From Escherichia coli (GTDB taxonomy: Bacteria > Pseudomonadota > Gammaproteobacteria > Enterobacterales > Enterobacteriaceae): a DNA stretch of 64,000 nt. The notes below the pieces were generated by a model. That model was given only the letters and a program-made list of their open reading frames with translations, did not search any database and was not told the origin of the DNA. The stretch lies in NCBI RefSeq assembly GCF_029227855.1, contig NZ_CP074356.1, one strand, 5' to 3'. Below are positions 21,790 to 34,884 of this stretch, piece after piece. Positions within the stretch are counted from its first letter, which is position 1. Each line of letters begins with the position of its first letter. A program made the translations under genes and the position numbers.

Positions 21790-22329
21790 ATGAAGCAGTT
21801 TCTTGATTTTTTACCGCTGGTTGTCTTTTTCGCGTTTTACAAGATTTATGACATCTATGCGGCTACTGCGGCGCTGATCGTCGCCACGGCGATTGTGCTT
21901 ATATATAGCTGGGTTCGCTTTCGTAAGGTTGAGAAGATGGCCCTGATCACTTTTGTTCTGGTGGTCGTCTTCGGTGGCTTAACCCTGTTCTTCCACAATG
22001 ATGAGTTTATTAAATGGAAGGTTACTGTCATTTATGCCCTGTTTGCAGGTGCCCTGTTAGTCAGCCAATGGGTGATGAAAAAGCCGCTAATTCAGCGGAT
22101 GCTGGGTAAAGAACTCACGCTGCCGCAACCGGTATGGTCGAAGCTGAATCTGGCCTGGGCTGTTTTCTTTATCCTTTGCGGTCTGGCAAACATCTACATC
22201 GCATTCTGGCTGCCGCAAAATATTTGGGTCAACTTTAAAGTCTTTGGCCTGACCGCCCTTACCTTAATCTTCACATTGTTAAGCGGTATCTATATCTACC
22301 GCCACATGCCGCAGGAAGATAAATCCTAA
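21790..22329 (+). CDS. yciB: inner membrane protein YciB (intracellular septation protein)
   Basis: 179 aa polytopic membrane protein [23 protein letters not shown]... Confidence 0.85.
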   Translation: MKQFLDFLPLVVFFAFYKIYDIYAATAALIVATAIVLIYSWVRFRKVEKMALITFVLVVVFGGLTLFFHNDEFIKWKVTVIYALFAGALLVSQWVMKKPLIQRMLGKELTLPQPVWSKLNLAWAVFFILCGLANIYIAFWLPQNIWVNFKVFGLTALTLIFTLLSGIYIYRHMPQEDKS

Positions 22330-22433
22330 CCAGACTGCCAGTCCTTCGGGGCTGGCGCTGTATCTCCTCTGTTCTCCTCAGGAAAATCATAGTAGCATCG
22401 CGCCTGTGATTTTCCTTTTAAGTCGGTTTTACC

Positions 22434-22832
22434 ATGTCTACAACACATAACGTCCCTCAGGGCGATCTTGTTTTACGTACTTTAGCCATGCCCGCCGATA
22501 CCAATGCCAATGGGGACATCTTTGGTGGTTGGTTAATGTCACAAATGGATATTGGCGGCGCTATTCTGGCGAAAGAAATTGCCCACGGTCGCGTAGTGAC
22601 CGTGCGGGTTGAAGGAATGACTTTCTTACGACCGGTTGCGGTCGGCGATGTGGTGTGCTGCTATGCACGCTGTGTCCAGAAAGGGACGACATCGGTCAGC
22701 ATTAATATTGAAGTGTGGGTGAAAAAAGTCGCGTCTGAACCCATCGGGCAACGCTATAAAGCGACAGAAGCATTATTTAAGTATGTCGCGGTTGATCCTG
22801 AAGGAAAACCTCGCGCCTTACCTGTTGAGTAA
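22434..22832 (+). CDS. yciA: acyl-CoA thioesterase (hotdog fold)
   Basis: 132 aa. Confidence 0.85.
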   Translation: MSTTHNVPQGDLVLRTLAMPADTNANGDIFGGWLMSQMDIGGAILAKEIAHGRVVTVRVEGMTFLRPVAVGDVVCCYARCVQKGTTSVSINIEVWVKKVASEPIGQRYKATEALFKYVAVDPEGKPRALPVE

Positions 22833-22837
22833 TAATC

Positions 22838-22862
22838 AAAAGCCTCCGGTCGGAGGCTTTTG
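22838..22862. terminator. bidirectional terminator shared by yciA and tonB
   Basis: AAAAGCCTCCGGTCGGAGGCTTTT: symmetric hairpin with A-run on one side and T-run on the other, between convergent stops. Confidence 0.85.
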
Positions 22863-22871
22863 ACTTTCTGC

Positions 22872-23591
22872 TTACTGAATTTCGGTGGTGCCGTTAATTT
22901 TAAACAGGATATTCACCACAATCCCACTGCCTGGCTTACCCGGCTCATAACGCCATCTGCGCATCGCATTTTTCACCTCACGCTCAAACATGTTCGCAGG
23001 CTTGGCTGAGAGGATTTGTACGTTATCCACGCGACCATCCGGCGTAACGTCAAATTTAACTTTAACCTGCCCTTCAATGCGCAATGCCTGTGCTCGTGCC
23101 GGATACTGCGGCTGATTACGGCTTAATGCGCGTGGTCCTGAAGCCACACTGGTAACCGGCTTGCTGGTTGCAGCCGTTGCTGTACTTGATGTCGGGCGTG
23201 CCGGTGCCGTATTTTCAAACGGTGATGCCGGACGCGACTCTACGGGTTTGACATCGCGTTTTGGCTGTTCCTGTACCTTTTTCACCGGCTTCGGTTTTGG
23301 CTTAGGTTTCGGCTTCGGCTTTTCAATGACCACCGGTGCTTCTTTTGGCGGTTCGGGGATCGGCTCAGGTTCCGGTTCTGGCTCTACCACCGGCTCCGGT
23401 GGCGGCTGAACGGCTTGTGGCGGTTCGAGATCCGCAGGCGCAACCATCGTGACAGAAATTGGCTGCGCAGGCGCAGGTAGTTCAATAACCTGATGTACCG
23501 AGGTATAGAGCAGACCCGCCACAACAGCACCATGAATGCAGACCGAAAGTAACGTCGGCCAGGGGAAGCGGCGAGGTAAATCAAGGGTCAT
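22872..23591 (-). CDS. tonB: TonB energy transducer
   Basis: Start refined to [29 protein letters not shown] (239 aa); (EP)n and (KP)n rigid spacer repeats. Confidence 0.95.
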   Translation of the reverse strand: MTLDLPRRFPWPTLLSVCIHGAVVAGLLYTSVHQVIELPAPAQPISVTMVAPADLEPPQAVQPPPEPVVEPEPEPEPIPEPPKEAPVVIEKPKPKPKPKPKPVKKVQEQPKRDVKPVESRPASPFENTAPARPTSSTATAATSKPVTSVASGPRALSRNQPQYPARAQALRIEGQVKVKFDVTPDGRVDNVQILSAKPANMFEREVKNAMRRWRYEPGKPGSGIVVNILFKINGTTEIQ

Positions 23592-23814
23592 TGAAGTCAT
23601 AATCATTTCAGTAGAAAAACCAGGCCTCGATTTTAAATGCAAATAGCAATCATATTCAATAAGGCAAGACGATCAGGATCAGTGAAAATGTCATTTTTGG
23701 CGTAATTGACCTTACTTTTTAAATGGTCTTAACAAAGACATCATCTTTCCGTTGCAGATCTTCGCCCTTTCAAATAACGTACTTTACAACTTTCCCGAAC
23801 AAGGAGTTGTGCCC

Positions 23815-24111
23815 GTGTTGTATGTTATTTACGCTCAAGACAAAGCTGATAGCCTCGAAAAACGCCTTTCCGTTCGTCCGGCACATTTAGCACGTTTACA
23901 GTTACTGCATGATGAAGGTCGTTTGTTGACAGCTGGTCCAATGCCAGCGGTAGACAGTAACGATCCAGGGGCTGCGGGATTTACTGGCTCAACCGTTATT
24001 GCTGAATTTGAATCGCTGGAAGCAGCTCAGGCCTGGGCCGATGCTGACCCGTACGTAGCGGCAGGAGTCTATGAACACGTTTCAGTGAAACCATTTAAGA
24101 AAGTGTTCTGA
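23815..24111 (+). CDS. yciI: YciI-like protein (Dabb fold)
   Basis: GTG start at 23815 gives 98 aa (M)[27 protein letters not shown]...; the ORF-track ATG extension has no SD. Confidence 0.8.
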
Positions 24112-24411
24112 ATAGAGATTCAATATTTAAGGGCACGGTTTTTGCAACCGTGTTCTTGTTTGGCCTTTCCTTATAGGTCGGTCAGTGCATTCACCCCCAC
24201 AAGCAGATAATAACTTTATCTGTATTTCTTTATATGATGTGAGCATATTCAGGAAAAATGCCCTTTCCTGACGCAGAGTTGCTCACTCAAAACCTTTGAT
24301 TACTGCGGATAAAGTCATCTACTATTGTTTAACACATTCACGCGCTGCATGTATGTTCAGAAAATGTGCACGCTCAGATAATTAAACAAAATTGTGGTTA
24401 CAGAGGTATCA

Positions 24412-25665
24412 GTGAGTCACTGGGCTACATTCAAACAAACAGCAACTAATTTATGGGTGACCCTACGGCACGACATTCTCGCGCTGGCCGTCTTTTTAAA
24501 TGGATTGCTTATTTTTAAAACAATCTATGGTATGTCGGTCAATTTGCTAGATATTTTCCATATCAAAGCATTTTCAGAGTTGGATCTCTCCTTGCTGGCA
24601 AACGCCCCACTCTTTATGCTCGGCGTTTTTCTTGTCCTGAACTCCATTGGCTTACTGTTCCGGGCAAAGCTCGCATGGGCAATCAGTATCATTTTGTTGT
24701 TGATAGCGCTAATTTACACCCTGCATTTTTATCCCTGGCTGAAATTTAGTATTGGATTTTGCATTTTTACGCTGGTGTTTTTGCTGATACTGCGCAAAGA
24801 CTTCTCCCACAGTAGCGCCGCAGCCGGGACAATTTTCGCATTTATTAGTTTCACGACGTTACTATTTTACTCCACCTACGGTGCGCTTTATTTAAGCGAA
24901 GGTTTTAATCCGCGAATAGAAAGTTTGATGACCGCGTTCTATTTTTCGATAGAAACCATGTCAACCGTCGGCTATGGCGATATTGTCCCTGTTTCTGAAT
25001 CAGCACGATTGTTCACTATTTCGGTCATTATTTCCGGCATTACCGTTTTTGCCACCTCCATGACTTCAATTTTTGGTCCGCTTATCCGCGGGGGATTCAA
25101 TAAACTTGTAAAAGGAAACAATCATACAATGCATCGTAAAGATCATTTTATTGTTTGCGGACATTCGATTCTCGCCATCAATACGATTCTGCAACTGAAT
25201 CAACGCGGACAAAATGTAACGGTTATCAGCAACTTGCCTGAAGATGATATCAAGCAACTTGAGCAACGCTTAGGTGATAACGCTGATGTTATCCCCGGTG
25301 ACAGTAATGACAGTTCAGTATTAAAGAAAGCAGGAATCGATCGATGCCGGGCCATTCTGGCTCTGAGTGATAACGATGCAGATAACGCGTTTGTTGTACT
25401 CTCGGCAAAAGATATGAGCAGTGATGTCAAAACAGTTCTCGCCGTCAGTGATAGCAAAAACCTGAATAAGATTAAGATGGTACATCCGGATATCATTCTC
25501 TCGCCGCAACTGTTTGGCAGCGAAATTCTGGCGCGAGTTTTAAATGGTGAAGAGATTAATAATGATATGCTCGTTTCAATGCTGTTGAACTCCGGTCATG
25601 GCATTTTCAGCGATAACGATGAACAAGAAACGAAAGCTGACAATAAAGAATCGGCGCAAAAATAG
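24412..25665 (+). CDS. kch: voltage-gated K+ channel Kch
   Basis: GTG start with SD GAGGTA gives 417 aa (M)SHWATFKQTATNLWV...; selectivity filter TVGYGD; C-terminal TrkA/RCK domain. Confidence 0.85.
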   Translation: MSHWATFKQTATNLWVTLRHDILALAVFLNGLLIFKTIYGMSVNLLDIFHIKAFSELDLSLLANAPLFMLGVFLVLNSIGLLFRAKLAWAISIILLLIALIYTLHFYPWLKFSIGFCIFTLVFLLILRKDFSHSSAAAGTIFAFISFTTLLFYSTYGALYLSEGFNPRIESLMTAFYFSIETMSTVGYGDIVPVSESARLFTISVIISGITVFATSMTSIFGPLIRGGFNKLVKGNNHTMHRKDHFIVCGHSILAINTILQLNQRGQNVTVISNLPEDDIKQLEQRLGDNADVIPGDSNDSSVLKKAGIDRCRAILALSDNDADNAFVVLSAKDMSSDVKTVLAVSDSKNLNKIKMVHPDIILSPQLFGSEILARVLNGEEINNDMLVSMLLNSGHGIFSDNDEQETKADNKESAQK

Positions 25666-25719
25666 ACTTTAAAGACGGAAGAGTAAACTTATTGGGCACC
25701 GCAATGGTGCCCAGTACAT

Positions 25720-25893
25720 TTAGATACTGTAGATCGCAAACAATAACGAGTTACGCTGTTTGTTTAGAATGCACTTCCTGATGCTGTGGATACGCATATT
25801 TCGGCGCGACTGCCCCTCAAGCCAACGCGATTTACGTCGGCTAGCCTGACGCTGCATGCGCCAGCGCCCCACTTCCGTTCTACTCCGCTTCAT
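25720..25893 (-). CDS. yciY: small basic protein (57 aa), possibly YciY
   Basis: Internal Met of the 94 aa track ORF gives MKRSRTEVGRWRMQRQASRRKSRWLEGQSRRNMRIHSIRKCILNKQRNSLLFAIYSI; matches my recollection of a 57 aa Arg-rich K-12 small protein between kch and cls. Weak evidence. Confidence 0.35.
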   Translation of the reverse strand: MKRSRTEVGRWRMQRQASRRKSRWLEGQSRRNMRIHSIRKCILNKQRNSLLFAIYSI

Positions 25894-26035
25894 GTTAACT
25901 ACTCTATGCAATAACAGAATGGTCATTATACCCCCGCCCCCGACGCTGACCAGTGCTTTTCCCGCGTTTTTATTTGCCAGATGAATCCATATGCGTAAAC
26001 TCATAACAATGCGCTTTCAAAAGGATTTCTAATCT

Positions 26036-27860
<1,825 letters not shown>

Positions 27861-27912
27861 ATAATCGCTTTCGGCGTGAAAAAGGGCTGACAACTGTCAG
27901 CCCTTATTGTGT

Positions 27913-28917
27913 TTAAAGCGGATCGACTTTCAGGCAAGAAACGGCGTGTCTGAAACTCCCCTCCAGAACAGGACGTGTTTTGGCGCACTCCGGACCGGCA
28001 ATCGGGCAACGGGTACGGAAAACACAACCGGAAGGCGGGTTGATCGGCGACGGTAATTCCCCTTCCAGTAACTGGATGATTTTGTTCTTCTCCAGATCCG
28101 GATCAGGTATGGGGACTGCCGACATCAATGCCCGGGTGTAAGGATGTAGTGGATTGTGGTAGACCTCATCATAGGTCCCCAGTTCTACCGCATGGCCGAG
28201 ATACATCACCAGCACACGATCGGAAATGTGTTTTACCACGGCCAGGTCGTGAGCGATAAAAATTAATGACAATCCCATCTCGCGTTGCAGCTGCTGGAGC
28301 AGGTTGACCACCTGCGCCTGAATTGACACGTCCAGCGCCGACACCGGCTCATCACAGATAATCAGCTTCGGTTCAAGAATAAGAGCACGAGCAATCCCGA
28401 TACGCTGGCACTGCCCACCAGAGAACTCATGCGGATAGCGGTTAATCAGGTTAGGCAATAACCCGACTTTCAGCATCATCGCCTTCACGCGCTCGCGAAC
28501 TTCCTGGCGTGACATTTTCGGATGATAAGTACGCAGTGGTTCAGCGATGATCTCGCCGATGGTCATACGCGGGTTAAGCGATGCCAACGGATCCTGGAAA
28601 ATCATCTGAATATCACTGCGAACGGCACGCCATTCATCGGGCTTCATGCCCAGCAACTCTTTACCTAACCAGGCAACATGACCGTCGGTCGCCTTGACCA
28701 AACCGATGATGGCGCGAGCAAAGGTGGACTTACCGCATCCCGATTCCCCTACCACACCTAATGTTTCCCCTTCATACAGGCGAAGAGTGACACCATCGAC
28801 GGCTTTGAGCGTTTTCGGCGGTTGCCAGAACCACTGTTTGCCATCTTTGATTTCAAAGTGCACTTTCAGATCGGCGATTTCAAGGAGGACTTTTCTTCCT
28901 TCAGTTACAGCATTCAT
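27913..28917 (-). CDS. oppF: oligopeptide ABC transporter ATP-binding protein
   Basis: 334 aa; Walker A GESGCGKST, signature LSGGQ; overlaps oppD stop. Confidence 0.95.
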   Translation of the reverse strand: MNAVTEGRKVLLEIADLKVHFEIKDGKQWFWQPPKTLKAVDGVTLRLYEGETLGVVGESGCGKSTFARAIIGLVKATDGHVAWLGKELLGMKPDEWRAVRSDIQMIFQDPLASLNPRMTIGEIIAEPLRTYHPKMSRQEVRERVKAMMLKVGLLPNLINRYPHEFSGGQCQRIGIARALILEPKLIICDEPVSALDVSIQAQVVNLLQQLQREMGLSLIFIAHDLAVVKHISDRVLVMYLGHAVELGTYDEVYHNPLHPYTRALMSAVPIPDPDLEKNKIIQLLEGELPSPINPPSGCVFRTRCPIAGPECAKTRPVLEGSFRHAVSCLKVDPL

Positions 28918-29927
28918 AACAGTTCCTCCACCGGTTTAAAGCAAGCACGCAGACGGCCAGGCGTAAACTCTTCCAGCGGCGGTGCGCTACTACAAATTTC
29001 CATCGCATGCGGACAACGTGGCTGGAACGGGCAACCTTTCGGTAATCGCAGCAAGTTTGGCGGATTACCCGGGATGGTCAACATTGTTTCACCTTCCGCA
29101 TCAAGACGCGGCACCGCGTTGAGCAAACCGATAGAATAAGGATGAACGGGTTGATAAAAGACATCGCGCGCATTGCCATATTCCATCGTGCGCCCGGCGT
29201 ACATTACCAGCACTTTGTCGCAGATCCCCGCAACCACGCCAAGATCGTGGGTGATCATAATGATGGCGGTATTAAATTCCCGCTTCAGTTCATTTAATAG
29301 CGTCATGATCTGCGCCTGTACGGTGACGTCCAGCGCAGTAGTGGGTTCATCCGCAATCAGCAGCTTAGGTCGACATAGCAATGCCATCGCAATCATGACT
29401 CGCTGACGCATGCCACCAGAAAATTCATGCGGGTACATTTTCATGCGTTTACGTGCTTCCGGCATTTTTACCGCATCGAGCATCCGCACCGACTCTTCAA
29501 ACGCCTCAGCTTTGCTCATGTTCTTATGCAGCATCAGCACTTCCATCAACTGCTCACCGACGCGCATATAGGGATTCAACGAAGTCATTGGGTCCTGAAA
29601 AATCATTGAGATTTGTTCAGCGCGCAGTTTATTGAGTTCATGCTCTGGCAAATTGAGGATTTCACGCCCATTGAAGGTTGCCGATCCGCCAATACGTCCG
29701 TTGGCAGCCAACAGGCCCATCAACGCAAATGCAGTTTGCGATTTACCCGAACCAGACTCACCTACAATGCCCAGCGTTTCTCCGGCACGTAGGGAAAAAT
29801 TCAAATCATTGACCGCCGTGACGTCGCCGTCCGGGGTACTAAAGGTGACACGCAAATCTTTCACGTTCAGCAGTGCGTCAGCCTGTTGTTGTGCGAGCGG
29901 CACAGTTGCAGTTTCAATTACGCTCAT
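28914..29927 (-). CDS. oppD: oligopeptide ABC transporter ATP-binding protein
   Basis: 337 aa; Walker A GESGSGKSQ. Confidence 0.95.
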   Translation of the reverse strand: MSVIETATVPLAQQQADALLNVKDLRVTFSTPDGDVTAVNDLNFSLRAGETLGIVGESGSGKSQTAFALMGLLAANGRIGGSATFNGREILNLPEHELNKLRAEQISMIFQDPMTSLNPYMRVGEQLMEVLMLHKNMSKAEAFEESVRMLDAVKMPEARKRMKMYPHEFSGGMRQRVMIAMALLCRPKLLIADEPTTALDVTVQAQIMTLLNELKREFNTAIIMITHDLGVVAGICDKVLVMYAGRTMEYGNARDVFYQPVHPYSIGLLNAVPRLDAEGETMLTIPGNPPNLLRLPKGCPFQPRCPHAMEICSSAPPLEEFTPGRLRACFKPVEELL

Positions 29928-29938
29928 GGCTGCACTCC

Positions 29939-30847
29939 TTAACGATCTTTCGGGTCGAGGGCATCACGCAAGCCATCGCCGATAAAGTTGAAACAAAATA
30001 GCGTCACCACGAGGAATCCCGCTGGGAACAACAATAACCATGGAGAGACTTCCATCGAGTTCGCGCCATCACTCAGCAATGCACCCCAGCTGCTTAACGG
30101 CTCTTGCGTACCCAACCCCAGGAAGCTAAGGAAAGATTCAAAGAGGATCATGCTGGGCACCAGAAGTGATGCGTAGACCACCACCACACCGAGTACATTC
30201 GGCACAATGTGGCGAATAACAATGCCCGACGTCGATACACCGCCAACTTGTGCCGCCTCAATAAACTCTTTGCGCTTCAGACTCAGGGTTTGCCCACGCA
30301 CAATACGAGCCATATCCAGCCAGGAAACCATGCCTATCGCCACGAAAATCAGCAGGATGTTTTGACCGAAAAAGGTCACCAGCAAAATGACGAAGAACAT
30401 GAATGGGAAGGAGTTGAGGATTTCCAGCAGACGCATCATTACCGAATCCACTTTACCGCCCAGATAACCGGAAAGCGAACCGTAAAGTGTCCCGACGACC
30501 ACTGCCACCAGTGCCGCAGCAACACCGACCATGAGTGAGATACGCCCGCCAATCGCAACGCGCACAAGCAGATCGCGACCGGATGAGTCAGTACCAAAGT
30601 AGTGACCGGACTCCATATCCGGGGCGCTGGACATCATCGCCCAGTCAGTATCGTCATAGGCAAACTGCGAAAGCATCGGTGCCAGGATGACAAATAACGC
30701 GATCAGCACCAGCACTATCAGACTGGCAACCGCCGCACGGTTATGCATAAAACGTCGACGTGCGTCCTGCCACAAGCTGCGCCCTTCGACCTCCAGCTTT
30801 TCACTGAAATTTTCCAGCGTCTCGCTGTTTTTCTTACTTAACATCAT
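29939..30847 (-). CDS. oppC: oligopeptide ABC transporter permease
   Basis: 302 aa polytopic permease. Confidence 0.95.
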   Translation of the reverse strand: MMLSKKNSETLENFSEKLEVEGRSLWQDARRRFMHNRAAVASLIVLVLIALFVILAPMLSQFAYDDTDWAMMSSAPDMESGHYFGTDSSGRDLLVRVAIGGRISLMVGVAAALVAVVVGTLYGSLSGYLGGKVDSVMMRLLEILNSFPFMFFVILLVTFFGQNILLIFVAIGMVSWLDMARIVRGQTLSLKRKEFIEAAQVGGVSTSGIVIRHIVPNVLGVVVVYASLLVPSMILFESFLSFLGLGTQEPLSSWGALLSDGANSMEVSPWLLLFPAGFLVVTLFCFNFIGDGLRDALDPKDR

Positions 30848-30861
30848 CGCGAGCTCCAGTA

Positions 30862-31782
30862 TCAGTAACGGATTTTCGGGTCGATAACCGCATATAGCAC
30901 ATCGACAATGGCATTAAACAAAATGGTTAACGCACCAACCAGAATGGTCAGACTTAACACTAAGGAATAGTCACGATTCAATGCGCCATTAACGAACAAT
31001 TGCCCAATCCCCGGTAAACCATAAATGGTTTCGATGACCATAGAACCGGTAATAATGCCGACAAATGCAGGGCCCATATAGGAGAGCACGGGTAACAGAG
31101 CAGGTTTTAATGCATGGCGTAAAATGATCCGCCGCATAGGTAACCCTTTCGCCCGGGCAGTACGAATAAAGTTGGAGTGTAATACTTCAATCATAGAGCC
31201 ACGGGTAATACGCGCAATACTGGCGATATAGGCGAGTGACAACGCCACCATTGGCAGTATCATGAATTTAAGCGCACCACCATTCCAGCCACCTCCCGGC
31301 AGCCAATGCAAAATGATCGCAAATATCATGACTAATAATGGCGCAACCACAAAACTGGGGATAACAACCCCGGTCATTGCCAGCCCCATCACGGTATAGT
31401 CCCATTTGGTGTTTTGTTTTAATGCGGCAATAACGCCAGCACTAACACCCAGTATTACCGCAAGGAAAAATGCTGCGGCTCCCAGTTTGGCAGAAACGGG
31501 AAAACTGGATGCAACCAGGTCGTTGACCGAATAATCTTTATATTTAAACGATGGACCGAAATCGCCATGCACCAGTTGTTTCAGGTAGCTGAAATACTGT
31601 GTCATGATCGGATCATTAAGATGATATTTCGCTTCGATATTGGCCATCACTTCTGGCGGTAAAGTACGTTCGCCGGTAAAAGGGCTTCCCGGCGCGAGGC
31701 GCATCATGAAGAACGAAATAGTAATAAGAATAAATAGCGTCGGAATCGCTTCCAGACAGCGACGTAGAATAAATTTTAACAT
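30862..31782 (-). CDS. oppB: oligopeptide ABC transporter permease
   Basis: 306 aa polytopic permease. Confidence 0.95.
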   Translation of the reverse strand: MLKFILRRCLEAIPTLFILITISFFMMRLAPGSPFTGERTLPPEVMANIEAKYHLNDPIMTQYFSYLKQLVHGDFGPSFKYKDYSVNDLVASSFPVSAKLGAAAFFLAVILGVSAGVIAALKQNTKWDYTVMGLAMTGVVIPSFVVAPLLVMIFAIILHWLPGGGWNGGALKFMILPMVALSLAYIASIARITRGSMIEVLHSNFIRTARAKGLPMRRIILRHALKPALLPVLSYMGPAFVGIITGSMVIETIYGLPGIGQLFVNGALNRDYSLVLSLTILVGALTILFNAIVDVLYAVIDPKIRY

Positions 31783-31867
31783 TGCCCTACCTTCTGGCCT
31801 GTGCCTTCTGTAATGCGATAAAAATCAGACACCGTGGAGCAGGACACGCCTGCCCCACGTATTGCCA

Positions 31868-33499
31868 TTAGTGCTTCACAATGTACATATTCCGGGTGTA
31901 GGTATTATCCAGCGGATCTTTGCCGGTATAGCCACCAACCCACGGTTTCACCAGACGCGCATTCACGTAGTAATAAACAGGAACAATGGCCGAATCCTTA
32001 TCCAGCTGTTGTTCTGCTTTAGTGTACAGAGCTGTGCGCTGCGCCTCGTCAGTCACTTTCAGCGTTTCCGCCATAATGCTGTCAAAGGCCGGGCTCTTAT
32101 AATGCGCGGTATTCATCGAGCTGTTCGACAGCATGGTGTTCAGGAAGGAAGTTGGTTCGTTGTAGTCTGCACACCAGCCTGCACGGGCCACATCAAAAGT
32201 GCCCTGGTGACGGGTGTCGAGGAACGTTTTCCACTCCTGGTTAACCAGTTTGACGTTTACACCAATGTTTTTCTTCCACAATGAAGAGGCTGCAATCGCC
32301 AGCTTTTTATGCAGATCGGAGGTGTTATACAACAGGTTGATGGTTAACGGTTTGTCTGCGGTATAACCCGCTTCAGCCAGCAGTTTTTTCGCTTCTTCGT
32401 TACGTTTTTCCTGGCTCCAGCCAAACCATTCCGGCTGAGTCAATTTTGCGCCATCAGTATACGGTGGAGTGTAACCATAGGCGGGCATGTCGCCCTGCGC
32501 TTTCACTTTATTAACAATGATATCGCGGTCCATACCCAGTTTCAGTGCGGTACGCACACGTACATCGTTAAATGGCGGTTTCTGGTTGTTAATTTCGTAA
32601 TAATAAGTGCACAGGTATGGATCAACGTGAACTTCGTCCGGGATCTCTTTTTTCAGCTTCTGGAACAATTCGATCGGCATGTTGTTATACGTCATGTCGA
32701 TTTCACCACTACGGTAGCGGTTGACATCGGTAACTTCAGAAGCAATAGGCAAATAGGTTACCTGGTTAATAACGGTTTTCGCGTTGTTCCAGTAAGTCGG
32801 GCTGCGTTCAAGAACGATTCGCTCGTTTACGACCCAATCTTTTAAGGTATAGGCACCGTTGGTGACGATATTTCCAGGCTGGGTCCATTTTTCGCCGAAT
32901 TTCTCGATAGCGGCTTTTGGCACCGGTGAAGTTGATGGGTGAACAAGTAATTTATAGAAGTACGGAACAGGTTCACTTAAGGTGACTTCTAATGTGTGAT
33001 CATCAATAGCTTTCACGCCGAGATCGGTAATCGGTTTTTTCCCTTCAAGAATTTCATCAATACCGGCGATATGCCCATATTGCAGATAACTGGCATACGG
33101 AGAAGCGGTGTTCGGATCAACAGAACGTTGCCAGCTATACACAAAGTCTTGGGCTGTGACTGGCGTGCCATCAGACCATTTCGCATCTTTACGCAAATGG
33201 AAGGTCCAGACTTTCGCGTCTTTATTATCCCAGGATTCAGCGACGCCAGGTGCCGGATGGCCGTCAAGATCGCTGACCAGTAAGCCTTCAAACAGGTCTC
33301 GGCTGATATTAGACTCCGGAACACCTTCAATTTTGTGCGGATCTAATGACTGAACTTCTGAACCATTGTTACGTACCAGCGTTTGTTTTTCCGCCAGTGT
33401 GACGCCTGCGGGTACATCAGCTGCCAGCGCGACATTCCCTGCCATTAGCGCAGCCAGAACGCCAGCTGCTACTAAACTTCTCTTGGTGATGTTGGTCAT
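31868..33499 (-). CDS. oppA: periplasmic oligopeptide-binding protein
   Basis: Start refined to MTNITKRSLVAAGVLAALMAGNVALA (543 aa with signal peptide); long AT-rich 5' leader upstream. Confidence 0.95.
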   Translation of the reverse strand: MTNITKRSLVAAGVLAALMAGNVALAADVPAGVTLAEKQTLVRNNGSEVQSLDPHKIEGVPESNISRDLFEGLLVSDLDGHPAPGVAESWDNKDAKVWTFHLRKDAKWSDGTPVTAQDFVYSWQRSVDPNTASPYASYLQYGHIAGIDEILEGKKPITDLGVKAIDDHTLEVTLSEPVPYFYKLLVHPSTSPVPKAAIEKFGEKWTQPGNIVTNGAYTLKDWVVNERIVLERSPTYWNNAKTVINQVTYLPIASEVTDVNRYRSGEIDMTYNNMPIELFQKLKKEIPDEVHVDPYLCTYYYEINNQKPPFNDVRVRTALKLGMDRDIIVNKVKAQGDMPAYGYTPPYTDGAKLTQPEWFGWSQEKRNEEAKKLLAEAGYTADKPLTINLLYNTSDLHKKLAIAASSLWKKNIGVNVKLVNQEWKTFLDTRHQGTFDVARAGWCADYNEPTSFLNTMLSNSSMNTAHYKSPAFDSIMAETLKVTDEAQRTALYTKAEQQLDKDSAIVPVYYYVNARLVKPWVGGYTGKDPLDNTYTRNMYIVKH

Positions 33500-34236
33500 T
33501 GTTTTTTGGACTCCCTCATTATAATTACTGGTATTAACCAGCATGTGTAATCCCGGATTGGGACCCTGCACAGGCTCGGAGACTTTCTGCTGTCAGGTTA
33601 CTTTATCGTTACGTATTACTATCACCGACTTTATTTATTCTGGTGATTCAGACGATCACCTTATGTCGATTCGTACTGTGTCTCCCCTGTCGAGACACAT
33701 TATTCTTTCGCGACGCTCTTAAATTGTTAATTATTCTCATTACCAATAAAGAATCGTCTGGCGGTTGCCCGGAAAGTACCAAATGCGCTTCTTACTCGCC
33801 AATACATTTTGCAAAATTGTTAAGCAATTCTCTTTTATTGACCGTATCAGAATCTATAGCTTGCATCCATGTCTTAACAAACATCTTTCAATTCAATCAA
33901 ATAGAGATTGGTTAAGCATGTCTATCTTTTCTGATTACAGTTCCAGTAGTGAAATGCACAATAATTTAACAATTGATTATTATTTAGCACTTTCCTCTAC
34001 CAAAGGCAGTGGAATTACTAATATCATTTCAATTATTCTTCAGCAAGCCCAGGATTATGATGTGGCGAAAATAACATGATGGTGAGGAGAAGCAGTTAAG
34101 GAAATCCTTATAACCAACTGTAATTTGAGAAGAATATTTTCACCCATTCCTTTTGCTTTTGATAACTGCGCGGTAACAAAGTAAAAATAATGACGAAGTA
34201 AACGGAGCATGGCAGCTCCGTTTCATTTGAAAGGAA

Positions 34237-34884
34237 TTAATTAAGCAAGCCGGGGAAAATCCCCTTAACACCAGTAACGATAAATTCAATCCCCAATGCC
34301 ATCAGCAATAGCCCCATAATACGCGTGATCACGTTGATGCCGGTTTGGCGTAAAACCCGTACCAGCCACGGTGCCATGCGGAACAATCCCCAGCAACATA
34401 AAGCGAACAATGCAATAGCCACAAAGAAACCAAACAGATAGCTAATGCTGTGATAACGCGTACCCCAGACGATGGTAGAACTGATCGCCCCTGGCCCCGC
34501 CATCAACGGCAACGCCAACGGCACCACACCAATGCTTTCACGTACCGCGGTTTCTGATTTTTCTTGCTTATTCTGTTTATCCTCGCCAAGCTTGCCGCTG
34601 ATCATCGACATCGCTATTGTCACCACCAGGATGCCACCGGCGATACGGAATGAATCAATTGATATACCAAAAAGTTGTAGAATCGTGTCGCCGAGAAAAA
34701 GCGAGATCCACAAGATAATGGCCACAGACAGGTTGGCTGTAAGGTTCGTTTTGTTTCGCGCTGCCGCTGTCTGATAACTGGTCATGCTGATAAAGACGGG
34801 AATAATCCCTACCGGGTTGACCAGCGCAAATAACCCGATGAAAAATTTGAAGTAAACGGGAAAATCAAAAAGGATCTGAATCAC
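34237..34884 (-). CDS. ychE: MarC-family inner membrane protein
   Basis: 215 aa polytopic membrane protein. Confidence 0.85.
   Translation of the reverse strand: MIQILFDFPVYFKFFIGLFALVNPVGIIPVFISMTSYQTAAARNKTNLTANLSVAIILWISLFLGDTILQLFGISIDSFRIAGGILVVTIAMSMISGKLGEDKQNKQEKSETAVRESIGVVPLALPLMAGPGAISSTIVWGTRYHSISYLFGFFVAIALFALCCWGLFRMAPWLVRVLRQTGINVITRIMGLLLMALGIEFIVTGVKGIFPGLLN

Noticed and set aside
23161-23409. 82 aa plus-strand Gly/Ser-rich ORF inside tonB
   Set aside because: It is the mirror of the tonB Pro-Glu/Pro-Lys repeat read on the other strand.
33643-34079. ORFs of 90 and 104 aa in the AT-rich region upstream of oppA
   Set aside because: They lie in the long oppA leader/promoter region; no SD; low-complexity Ile/Ser/Asn translation characteristic of AT-rich non-coding DNA.
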